A stretch of 17,492 nucleotides of DNA from Tubiluchus corallicola (Eukaryota > Animalia > Priapulida). The notes beneath the pieces are model-generated. The model was given only the letters and a program-made list of their open reading frames with translations. It was not told the origin of the DNA and searched no databases. A program made the position numbers and the translations under genes. Where the stretch lies: contig JAQGDQ010002026.1 in the NCBI GenBank assembly GCA_030141605.1, positions 1 to 17,492 of the forward strand, in the 5' to 3' direction. How positions within the stretch are numbered: the first letter of the stretch is position 1; the number at the start of each line of letters is the position of its first letter. This document shows, one piece after another, positions 1-11,341 of the stretch.

Positions 1-1215
1 ATAGGATAATCCAGCCCTGCTACCAAAGCTTGATGGGCCCTAGGCTATAGCCTATACTAGCCTATAGGATAATCCAGCCCTGCTACGAAAGCTTGAAGGG
101 CCCTAGGCTATAGCCTATACTAGAATATAGGATAATCCAGCCCTGCTACCAAAGCTTGAAGGGCCCTTGGCTATAGCCTATACTAGCCTATAGGATAATC
201 CAGCCCTGCTACCAAAGCTTGAAGGGCCCTAGGCTACAGCCTATACTAGCCTATAGGATAATCCAGGCCTGCTACCAAAGCTTGATGGGCCCTTGGCTAC
301 AGCCTATACTAGCCTATAGGATAATCCAGCCCTGCTACCAAAGCTTGAAGGGCCCTAGGCTATAGCCTATACTAGAATATAGGATAATCCAGCCCTGCTA
401 CCTAAACTTGAAGGACCCTAGGCCATAGCCTATACTAGCCTATAGGATAATCCAGCCCTGCTACCAAAGCTTGAAGGGCCCTAGGCTATAGCCTATACTA
501 GAATATAGGATAATCTAGCCCTGCTACCAAAGCTTGAAGGACCCTAGGCCATAGCCTATACTAGCCTATAGGATAATCCAGCCCTGCTACCAAAGCTTGA
601 AAGGCCCTATGCTATAGCCTATACTAGAATATAGGATAATCCAGCCCTGCTACCAAAGCTTGAAGGGCCCTAGGCTATAGCCTATACTAGAATATAGGAT
701 AATCCAGCCCTGCTACCAAAGCTTGAAGGGCCCTAGGCTATAGCCTATACTAGCCTATAGGATAATCCAGCCCTGCTACCAAAGCATGAAGGGCCCTAGG
801 TTACAGCCTATACTAGAATATAGGATAAACCAGGCCTGCTACCAAAGCTTGAAGGGCCCTAGGTTACAGCCTATACTAGAATATAGGATAATCCAGCCCT
901 GCTACCAAAGCATGAAGGGCCCTAGGCTATAGCCTATACTAGAATATAGGATAATCCAGCCCTGCTACCAAAGCTTGAAGGGCCCTAGGCTATAGCCTAT
1001 ACTAGAATATAGGATAATCCAGCCCTGCTACCAAAGCTTGAAGGGCCCTTGTGTGCAGCCTATACTAGAATATAGGATAATCCATCCTTGATACAAAAAC
1101 TTGAAGGGCCCTAGGGTGGAGCCTATACTAGAATATGGGATAACCCAGCCTTGATACAAAAACTTGAAGGGCCCTAGGGTGGAGCCTATACTAGAATATG
1201 GGATAACCCAGCCCT
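1..1215. repeat. 63-bp tandem satellite (~19 copies, runs off left edge)
   Basis: Unit ATAGGATAATCCAGCCCTGCTACCAAAGCTTGAAGGGCCCTAGGCTATAGCCTATACTAG(CCT/AAT) restarts at 1, 64, 127 and so on. The last 2-3 units (about 1050-1215) are more diverged. Confidence 0.97.
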
Positions 1216-1732
1216 ATCTAGACTGGTGAATTTGTTGACTAACAAGGGAAAAAAATAAACAACTTTGCTAAAAACACTGTTGCTGTTTTTTTTGCAAAGA
1301 TTCGTCTACTAAATGACAACAAACTTCAACTTGGTGATGAAAATTGCATTAGGACAAGATATTTAACAAAATAAATGATATATTAATAATTACTAACATA
1401 TAAATAACATATATAATAATTATTATGTGTATATAACAATCACAAATACGTACATTTATACGAATCTCTATATATGATAACAAAAACTTTCGATATTTAC
1501 AAATTTTTGTATATGACTTTCTAAAATCACTGCAACTATATATTTCTACATATAAATATTTTGAAGCATTTGACAACAGCAAAGCAACAAAGATTTTTCA
1601 AAATGGAAATATTTTTACATTTTTGTTATTACAGTTGCCAAATACGCTTATTCGTGTAGTTTAAATTTTAAAAACTAAAATTTAAAAAATCTTTCAACTT
1701 TAAAAACAAAAATATGGAAGTTGAAAACAAAT

Positions 1733-1738
1733 TTTATT
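1733..1738 (-). promoter_or_regulatory. Candidate polyadenylation signal (AATAAA) for the BMP3-like gene
   Basis: TTTATT on + strand. It is the first canonical hexamer I found downstream of the stop codon at 2418, about 680 nt away. The region is AT-rich, so a chance match is plausible. Confidence 0.3.
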
Positions 1739-1751
1739 GTCGTTATGTTAA

Positions 1752-2300
1752 AGGACAAGTAAACCTTCATAAATAAAAGTTTAAAAAATTCGTTTTGAAA
1801 TTTTGTGTGACTTTCATGCTGTCTCATTGCACACAGAGCTTGAGTTTGCAGTAACCTGTATAAGACTTGTAAATTTTAACTCCCGCGATGCCCGGTAGGT
1901 ACAGCCATTTTAAAAAGTCAAGTTTTAAATTACTGCATCGTTTTAGTTTGTGAGTGGTGCACCCTGGAGGGTGAGTCAGCAGCATTTTAAATAATTAACA
2001 ATTTTCTTTTCTAGTCACATAAGTTTTTCAAGCAGGTAAGCGAAATGCTAAGTAATATAGATTTGCATGAAAAGTTTTTTGGGACATAATTTAACATTTC
2101 CTTTTCTTCCCCCGATTTTCCGCTTTCGTAAATGACGTCACGTAATGGCGTCGTCGGAACAGTATTGCGGGAGATTTAAAATGAAAACAAACAAAAATTC
2201 CTTTCTATGGAAGTACGATACGTGCACAAAATTGCTATAAAGTAATATATTTTAAGGCGATTTTTCGGAAGCCTACTTCATGTACCCCTTTTCTTGTCCT
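1752..2300 (+). mobile_element. Non-autonomous Kolobok-like DNA transposon, copy A (complete)
   Basis: TTAA(1748-1751)|AGGACAAG ... CTTGTCCT|TTAA(2301-2304): a perfect 8-bp TIR with RR..YY termini and TTAA on both sides. The internal sequence is shared with copies B-E. Confidence 0.75.
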
Positions 2301-2417
2301 TTAAGTATTAGTACGTTTAAAAATTCTCGAAAAAAATTAAAAAAATCTTTGCTGCATTTGCTGTGGTCAACTCGCTCAGTGACACATTAAAAATTCTGAA
2401 AATTCGGCCTCTTCCAT

Positions 2418-2609
2418 CTATTTACACGCGCAGGTTTCAACAGACATTCCGGGATAAGAAGCCAAAACAACGTTGTTGTTCTTGTCATAATAAATCAGCG
2501 ACAATGATGACAACACATCCGGTACACAACATGGCGCCGGTACTTCCGAGTGGAGACCAATGGCGTGTACTATGCTCTGTACTGTGGCGTGATTAGACGG
2601 TCGCATCTT
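2418..2609 (-). CDS. BMP3: BMP3/GDF10-like TGF-beta ligand, terminal coding exon (C-terminal half of the cystine knot)
   Basis: Acceptor tttcctcttttgcAG|AAG ATG CGA CCG. Encodes [18 protein letters not shown]...PAPCCVP...[12 protein letters not shown] followed by stop TAG at 2420-2418. This matches the BMP3/GDF10 PSNHATIQSIV...PCCVP...YPNM.VE.CACR pattern. Confidence 0.95.
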   Translation of the reverse strand, partial: KMRPSNHATVQSIVHAIGLHSEVPAPCCVPDVLSSLSLIYYDKNNNVVLASYPGMSVETCACK

Positions 2610-2651
2610 CTGCAAAAGAGGAAATCTTTACTGCTAAACTATTTAAGCAGC

Positions 2652-3067
<416 letters not shown>

Positions 3068-3257
3068 CTCGCACAAAAAATTCTCTTCTGTCATTGTCGT
3101 CATCGTCATCATTTCTCTAGTAACAAACGTGTAGTATTGATTTTGCAATTTTAGCAATTAGTATCTTTCCTTTTATGTAGTTTGTGCAAAACCTGATCGC
3201 CAGAAATTATCTCAAAATTTGTGTTTTTACTAAAGAAAATATGTGAAAAAAATAGCT

Positions 3258-3620
3258 TATTCATTCATTAATTCATTAATTCATTCATTCACTTATTCAT
3301 TCATTCATTCATTCACTTACTTATTCCTTTATTCACTCATTCATTCATTCATTCTTTCATTCACTCACTCATTCACTTATTCATTCATTCATTCATTCAC
3401 TTGCTCATTCATTCATTCATTCATTCATTCATTCATTCATTCATTCATTCATTCATTCACTTACTTATTCCTTTATTCACTTATTCATTCATTCATTCTT
3501 TCATTCACTCACTCATTCATTTATTTATTCATTCATTCATTCATTCACTCTTTCATTCACTCGCTCATTCATTCATTCATTCATTCATTCATTCATTCAT
3601 TCATTCATTCATTCACTTCA
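3258..3620. repeat. Imperfect (TTCA)n microsatellite
   Basis: Directly visible; it produces the spurious FIHS-repeat ORFs. Confidence 0.97.
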
Positions 3621-4291
3621 TTTTGTTGACAACTTTGTAAAGTGATATTTTACTGGGAAACGCTTCTCACACGTGGAGAAAATATCCGTCTAAATAAACG
3701 AAATAATGAAAACTTTCTGTTAACAATTTCATTTAATAAACAGTTTTATAAGTTAACTGACATCAGGTTTCTCAGATAACAAATTGCACATTTCTGTTTT
3801 CTAAACCTAAAAAACGCCAACTAAAGAATGGGAGGAATTATTTTCTCGATAAAATATTTGTTTGCTTTAGTTAGCAAAAATCTGCTTGAAATTTGTTTGA
3901 AAATTCGCTTACTAAACTCTGGGTGGCATATTATGTAAATACGAATTGCAAAAACTAAGAAGCCCAAATGTACAAGAGTTTTAGTCACGAAGCAGACAGG
4001 ATTATAGAGTTTTGCAAGAATTTCTGAATTGAAGAAAATGTTAAGAGTATGATGTCTCGAAGTTCGCCTTAATTACTTCGCGTTGATCAACTTGACTTTT
4101 AAATATTACATGTAGCAGTGGTCCTTGGATGAAGTAATTAAGTTAATCATGGCATGAGAACTAAAACAGGTGGGTGGTTAATGCTAATGAGACAGCACTA
4201 ATTCCTGGTGACAGGTTTACTATCAATGCAAAATTTCCAATATTTTGTACCTCATTCAACATGGCGGAAAATGACCTGTGTAAGTATTTAA

Positions 4292-4728
4292 AGCGCAAAA
4301 AATCGTTTCCTTACGTAAAGCTAAAAATGCCTTTTGAAGATTTGTAGCACTCACGTGCTGTCTTATTGCATACTAGGCTTGCGTTAACAGTAACGCTGTG
4401 TAAAGCTTGCAAATTTGAACTCCTGCGATGACCGTTAGATACAGCTATTTTAACGTTAATTCGTTCGAGACAAGTTTAAATAACATTGTGTAAAGTTTGA
4501 AAATATTCGTAGCACACTCTTTGCTGAGCAAGCAAAAGAATAAATTACTTTATATCGTCGATAAAGTCAATAACCTTTTCTGGTGAACCAGTGGTGCACA
4601 CTGGGAAGGTGAGCCAATGACATTTTGCCAGTTGCTAAAACGTTTTAAATTATCAAGAAATTTGTTTTCTAGTTACTTAAGTCTTTCGAAAGTTTTTAGG
4701 GATAAATCTAGCTCTCTTTTCTTTCCCT
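4292..4728 (+). mobile_element. Kolobok-like non-autonomous element, copy B (complete, degenerate TIR)
   Basis: TTAA(4288-4291)|AGCGCAAAAAA ... CTTTTCTTTCCCT|TTAA(4729-4732). Shares the GCTGTCTTATTGCA...GCTTGCGTTA.CAGTAACGCTGT...AACTCC.GCGATGACCGTTAG core and carries a single 26-mer at 4589-4614. Confidence 0.72.
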
Positions 4729-5075
4729 TTAACCATAATTCTCACTAACCGAGCCGTTATTCTTGGCACTTTGCCAACTACAGTTAATACATAGAGGTTG
4801 CAAGACTTAGTAACGTATTTGCCACTTTCATGTCTACCTCAACCATAATAATTAAAAAAATCAAGAGGCTGTAATCACAAGCATCATATTTTCCACCACT
4901 TGATGTTGTTGTCATCATTTTATAGTCAGTATGTGTGATTGGCGTCGTCGCTAAAGCACTGACAACAAAGATTTGATATCATTACACTTATTTAACCCGT
5001 CTTATATTGCAATAAATTGCCAGTAATGATATCGCAGTTTATTGTTGCTGTTAAAGTATTAAGATAATGAGCACA

Positions 5076-5545
5076 CTATCACCATCATCATCATCATCGT
5101 CGTCGTCGTCGTCATCACCACACTACCACCACCACCATCACCACGAGCACCACCACCACCACACCACCACCACCGCCACCATCATCATCATCATCGTCGT
5201 CGTCATCACCACACTACCACCACCACCACCCCACCACCACTGCCACCGCCACCACCACCACCACCACCACCACCATCACCACTACCACCACCACCACCAT
5301 CACCACTACCACCACCACGAGCACCACCACCACCACCACCACCACACCACCACCGCCATCATCATCATAATCATCATCATCATCATCGTCGTCGTCGTCA
5401 TCACCACAACACCACCACCACCACCATCACCACCACCACTACCACAACCACGAACACCACCACCACCACACCACCAGCACCGCCACCACCACCACCATCA
5501 CCATCATCATCATCATCATCACCATCGCCGTCGTCATGACCACTA
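5076..5545. repeat. Compound (CAC/CAT/CGT)n trinucleotide microsatellite
   Basis: Directly visible, with an internally duplicated block pattern. It is the source of the His/Pro-rich pseudo-ORF. Confidence 0.95.
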
Positions 5546-5884
5546 TAACGGTCATCATGATAATCAATCATGAAAACGTTATTTTCCCTAGATCGACGCT
5601 GTCATCACTTCCAACTCTGACGACAGCTGTATTTATTAATAATGGATCCGCCCCCAACTGTTCATGTCTATACAGCTCACCCAGTCTGGCACCAGGTGGT
5701 TTAACCTAAGACAATACGTACAATATTGATTTGTGTAATAATACCCCACTCCTGGCACAAACAAGGAAGGGACGGGTGTAATTGTCCGGAAAATTTGCTC
5801 CATTATCGTCTGCAATTTCAAGTTTTCAGTACAAGCGGGCGACAAGGTACAGGAGGATGATATATAATTCCTGAAAATTATATG

Positions 5885-5885
5885 A

Positions 5886-5945
<60 letters not shown>
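5885..5945. repeat. (GA)n microsatellite
   Basis: Directly visible. Confidence 0.97.
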
Positions 5946-5947
<2 letters not shown>

Positions 5948-6048
5948 ATAATAATAAATCTTTATTCAAGAAATGAACGTATATACAAAAAGGTGCCTTT
6001 TTGCAGGCTCAGATCAACAATTTACATTTTCATATAATGTAATCACTT

Positions 6049-6420
<372 letters not shown>

Positions 6421-7164
6421 ACAAAAAGAGATCTTTAGTTTTTCGAATTTCATGACGTGAACGCGATTCGTTGAAATTCACAAACTGACAAACGACCAAA
6501 TGAAATATTTGTCATTGACAAACGAGTTTAGCAGCACTTACCAGTAAACCAACTACCTTTTAAGTGATTTTTTGTGTTAATTCAATTCCTGTTTGTTCAA
6601 GGAACAAGAACAAGGCAGGTAGAGCAGAAATAGCAGAAGATTAATTACGTATTACAATTTTAAAACACGCTGTGAAAGTCACGTATGTATCATGAAAGTC
6701 AATAGATGGCAGCACAGTTACAACTTCCACACGCGCCATTACGCGGTGTGTTCAAAAATCAACTATTAAATTTGTGAATCAGACGAAAACGAAGACAAAT
6801 TACATTTTGTTATCAAATTCAAAAATTACAATGATTTTAGAGCAAAAATTATATGATCATATCAACGTAAGTAAACTAGAATTTTTCTAATAGCGTTACT
6901 GATAAATTTCTATTCTTGATTGGAGTAATGATTTAGAGGTAATTAAGGCATTTATTAATTATGTTGAAAAAGCATTTTTAATACATGATGAACAATATGT
7001 AATGTAATGATCATATCATTGAAAACGAGGCCTAATGAATGACAATTTAGTTTAAAAACTAATAATTAAACTTTTCATTTAAATAACTAATTTAATCAAG
7101 ATTTAGTAATATTTGAACTTTTAGTAAAATGTTTTTGTTTGTCTATAGCGACGTCTTGAAAAAT

Positions 7165-8080
7165 TCTAAAAATTTGTCTTGAAATTTTATGTGACTTACA
7201 TGCTGTCTTATTGGATAGAGAGCTTGCGTAAGCAGTAACGCTGCATAAAACTTGAAAATCTAACCTACCGCCATCACCATTATCACCTACAGTCTTATTT
7301 CATACAGGGCTTGCGTTAGCAGTAACGATGTATAAAACTTGAAAGTTTAACCTACTGCGATGACCATTATCACCTACAGTCTTATTACATGCAGGGCTTG
7401 CGTTAACAGTAACGATGTATAAAACTTGAAAGTTTAACCTACTGCGATGACCATTATCACCTACAGTCTTATTACATGCAGGGCTTGCGTTAACAGTAAC
7501 GATGTATAAAACTTGAAAGTTTAACCTACTGCGATGACCATTACGCGCAGCCATATTAACGGTAGGTTGTTTGAAAGAAGTTTAGATAACACTTTTCGCT
7601 AACTAAATGAAGATGTAAATGTTTTTTCTTGTCAACAAGATCAATAAAGACTCTCTATACCTTTTTAGTAATTAACTAGTTTACGTCCCAGCCACGATTA
7701 TTGGAATATTCCTAGAAGCGCAAATTTAACCTCCCGTGATGGCCGTTACGCGCAGCCATTTCTACAGTAATTCGTTTGAAACAAGTTTAGATAACCCTGT
7801 GTTAAAGTTTGAAAAAATAATCAGAGCATTCGTAGTGCACACTTAGCTAACTAAGCAAAAGTTTAAATTACTTTATATTGTCAATAAGACGTGTTTTTGG
7901 TGAGCCAGTAATGCACACTGGGATAGCGATGGAGTAACATTTTACCAGATGGTGCGAATATTGTAAAACTATTAAAAAAAAATTCCAATTTCATAATTCC
8001 TTTAAGTCTATCAATTAATTATGCAACTTTGTACTGAAAATTTTTTGCAACTTGCTGCAAAATTCTCCTTTCTTTCCCTT
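7165..8080 (+). mobile_element. Kolobok-like element, copy C (rearranged, internal duplications, no clear TTAA ends)
   Basis: Core homology starts near 7165 and the core is repeated again from about 7720. A degenerate 26-mer lies at 7906-7923. It ends in TTTCTTTCCCTT (8080) like copies B and E, just before the SINE. Confidence 0.65.
7204..7545. repeat. 87-bp tandem repeat x4 inside copy C
   Basis: (T/A)GTCTTATT restarts at 7204, 7291, 7378 and 7465. Confidence 0.93.
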
Positions 8081-8087
8081 CGTTCCT

Positions 8088-8340
8088 ACCAGACGGTTTA
8101 GTCTAGTGGTAATGCGTCTGCTTTCCGTCTGGGAGGTCGCGAGTTCGAACCAGCGGCCGGGTCATAACAAAGACTTTAAAAATGGTACCTGCTGTTTCCC
8201 TGCCTGACGCGTGGTATTTAGGGTAAAAGTGGGGTAATAATAGTCTCTGTTATGTAGTTGTAGGTTGTTATTTACAGTCGGTGATAATAGCTCTTTGAGC
8301 TAATGTTAATTGTTGATCCAAAAGTTGACTTTAAATAAAG
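8088..8340 (+). mobile_element. tRNA-derived SINE with Meta/MESC-like central domain
   Basis: A box TAGTCTAGTGG (8099-8109) and B box GAGTTCGAACC (8141-8151). These are followed by CCGGGTCATAACAAAGACTTTAAAAATGGTACCTGCTGTTTCCCTGCCTG (8157 onward), which resembles the MetaSINE core as I recall it. It ends AATAAAG+(ATT)n. Confidence 0.85.
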
Positions 8341-8785
<445 letters not shown>

Positions 8786-9199
8786 CATTTTTTTAATTTT
8801 TCACTTAGCAGCGTGTGTGCACTTTTCACATTACTCTCTTCTTCTGTTTTTTGAAATAGTTTTTCTATTTGCTACTTTCGGTTCGAATACGCACTTTTGT
8901 AATTACCGACTTTAACCCGCCCACATAACTTTCAGTTTTCAAACCGCTGAGTAGGTATTTCAATAAAATCTCCAGTCTGCAGTTTATAAAGGTGATTCGT
9001 CATTTTCAGTCGATGCCAGCACACCTTTAATTATCGTCCAGTCGTCTGAGGCAGGTGCTTAGCATGACTGTAGACAGTGGGGCCTTCAGAGGTGTTCAAT
9101 TAACGCAGGTATGGCGCCGTGCGATATACCCCCGTCAGACGCCTGAATTTTTCAAACTAAATTTAATGAGAGTTGCTAAATTCAAGCTGAGTATTGTTG

Positions 9200-9582
9200 A
9201 ATTGCGTTTGATTTATAAAGTTTTCGCTTTGAGTTTGATTTTGTTGCTTTTGTGTGATATAATTTTTGTTCTAAGATTAATTCTGTTTTGCTTTGGTTTT
9301 GACAAATTCTTTTACCTTCAGCTCAATTGCTTTCGCTTTGAGTTTCATTTTGTTTGATATAATTTTTTGCTATGAGTTAAATTCAGTTTTGCATTGCTTG
9401 TGAAAACTTCCTTTTATACTGAGTGGAACTGCATTTTTGCTTTGAGTAGATTTTTGTTGCTTTTGTTTGATATTATTTTTTACTCTACATTGAATTTCAT
9501 GAATTGTTTGCTTGACGTTATGCCTTGTTATGCTTTGAATTGCATTTCTGCTTTGAGTTGATTTTTGTTGCTTTTGCCTTTT
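9200..9582. repeat. Degenerate ~105-110-bp T-rich tandem repeat (~4 units)
   Basis: GCTTTGAGT recurs at 9226, 9335, 9439 and 9550, each followed by TTTTGTTGCTTTTG and/or TGATAT.ATTTTT. Confidence 0.65.
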
Positions 9583-10243
9583 ATACAAACACAAACACCT
9601 AAAAAATGTCATGAGCCTGTGAGCAAACTTGTATTTTTAATAAGGGGCAGCTGACCAACTGACCAATAGGTCTTTCGCTGCTCATTCTCAGCTGCAATGA
9701 AATGTAAAAATAATCATGACGAATTTTAACTGCTATTGAGAAAATAAAATTGTATTATACAAATCAAGTCCCTATCAGCATTTATAACAAAATTAAAATC
9801 ACTAATATTAACCAGATATGAAATACCATCACACCAGCACGACAACATACACACTAATTCAGAATTCATATATCCACGGCCATATTAATTAAATCATAAT
9901 TTTTTCATTCTTTGTGCATAGTTATAAATATGATTGATTTTATTCGTCGTTACTTTCCATTACTGCACAGTAGTTTAGATTGCACTGACGCATTTGCCTT
10001 TAGCAGTGTAAGTTTTTATTAACTAACACTGATTGATCATCTCTGTAAAGTTTATATCAGTGATTATCAATGCATTTTAATGGCAAATAAAGATATATAT
10101 ATCTGTTTCTATACTATCTGTAGTATTACTATTGTACCACCGTACCAAAAGGTCAGTGACGGTACCAAAAGGTCAAGGTCAAAACTCAAAAGAAAAAAAC
10201 TAAAAATCACGAAAAATCATAGTCAGGACAGCAATTATTGACA

Positions 10244-10837
10244 CACTTTACTTTACAGAAAAATACAACCGCACTTACTTTACAGAAAAATACTACCGCA
10301 CTTACTTTACAGAAAAATACTACCGCACTTACTTTAAAGAAAAATACTACTGCACTTACTTTACAGAAAAATACTACCGCACTTACTTTAAAGAAAAATA
10401 CTAACGCACTTACTTTAAAGAAAAATACTACCTCACTTACTTTACAGAAAAATACAACTGCACTTGCTTTAAAGAAAAATACTACCTCACTTACTTTAAA
10501 GAAAAATACTACCTCACTTACTTTAAAGAAAAATACTACCTCACTTACTTTACAGAAAAATACTACCTCACTTACTTTAAAGAAAAATACTATCGCACTT
10601 ACTTTACAGAAAAATACTACCACACTTACTTTAAAGAAAAATACTATCGCACTTACTTTACAGAAAAATACTACCGCACTTACTTTAAAGAAAAATACTA
10701 CCGCACTTACTTTACAGAAAAATACTACCGCACTTACTTTACAGAAAAATACTGTCGCACTTACTTTACAGAAAAATACTACCACACTTACTTTACAGAA
10801 AAATACTACCGTACTTACTTTACAGAAAAATACTACT
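10244..10837. repeat. 27-bp minisatellite (~22 units), distal part of the splice-donor array
   Basis: Unit GCACTTACTTTA(C/A)AGAAAAATACTACC at 10271, 10298 ... 10811. Its reverse complement contains AAA|GTAAGT. Confidence 0.97.
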
Positions 10838-11197
10838 AGTAAGGAGGACCTGTTAAACTATGTTAAAAGCATTATATAATGATAGATAATGATGTTGATG
10901 AATGCTGGCATGAAGCCAGTTAAGGAGTAGTGTCATGTGATCAAGTGATTCAGAATCGATGCGTCGAAGCTCGGCGCACGATATATAAGCGTTGTGATGC
11001 GCCCAGCTCAGGAGATTGAGTCTGGGAGCTGAAGGAGAGCAGGCTAGATCAGGGGGCGTGGCATTACTATCTGTTATATTTATTGTGTTTGATGTTCAAT
11101 AAACGTGTAGTTTTATAATCAGACTCTTCATAGTTTTGCCATCCCTAAAACACCAATAATCAGCTTCACATAACCAATACAACGAATTATTTTTACT
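10838..11197 (+). mobile_element. Solo LTR-like insertion (360 bp), AGT...ACT termini, 5-bp TSD
   Basis: CTACT(10833-10837)|AGTAA ... TTACT|CTACT(11198-11202). TATATAA at 10982 and AATAAA at 11098 are in U3-R-U5 order. Removing the insert and one TSD restores an intact minisatellite unit. Confidence 0.8.
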
Positions 11198-11341
11198 CTA
11201 CTGCACTTACTTTACTTTACAGAAAAATACTACTGCACTTACTTTCCTTTACAGAAAAATACTACTGCACTTACTTTGCGTTACAGAAAAATACTACTGC
11301 ACTTACTTTACTTTACACAAAAATACTACTGCACTTACTTT
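11198..11341. repeat. 32-bp variant minisatellite units, proximal part of the donor array, including the real donor
   Basis: CACTTAC at 11204, 11236, 11268, 11300 and 11332; the last is the authentic 5' splice site. Confidence 0.93.

Noticed and set aside
2626-2636. Alternative upstream acceptors (TAG/CAG/AAG) near the last exon
   Set aside because: They lack an adjacent pyrimidine tract and would add an in-frame TAA or a frameshift; there is no evidence of use.
5067-5573. His/Pro-rich 168-aa ORF
   Set aside because: It is a translation of a CAC/CAT microsatellite with no non-repetitive coding content.
5580-5880. Unique GC-richer segment and 69-aa ORF as a hidden exon
   Set aside because: No recognisable protein similarity or convincing splice-site pair, and the two BMP3 exons already join seamlessly.
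5946-6010. Possible minus-strand retroposon 3' tail (AATAAAGATTTATTATTAT)
   Set aside because: Too short to assign, and no element body is visible.
8090-8165. Functional tRNA gene
   Set aside because: The acceptor and T stems do not pair convincingly, and the sequence continues into a SINE core and tail.
9075-9160. CAGTGG-starting GC-rich patch as a MITE end
   Set aside because: No partner TIR or TSD found.
10207-10879. 192-aa and 213-aa repetitive ORFs (KVSAVVFFC / LTLQKNTTA)
   Set aside because: They are open only because the 27-bp unit lacks stops in those frames. They lie in an intron and derive from the splice donor.
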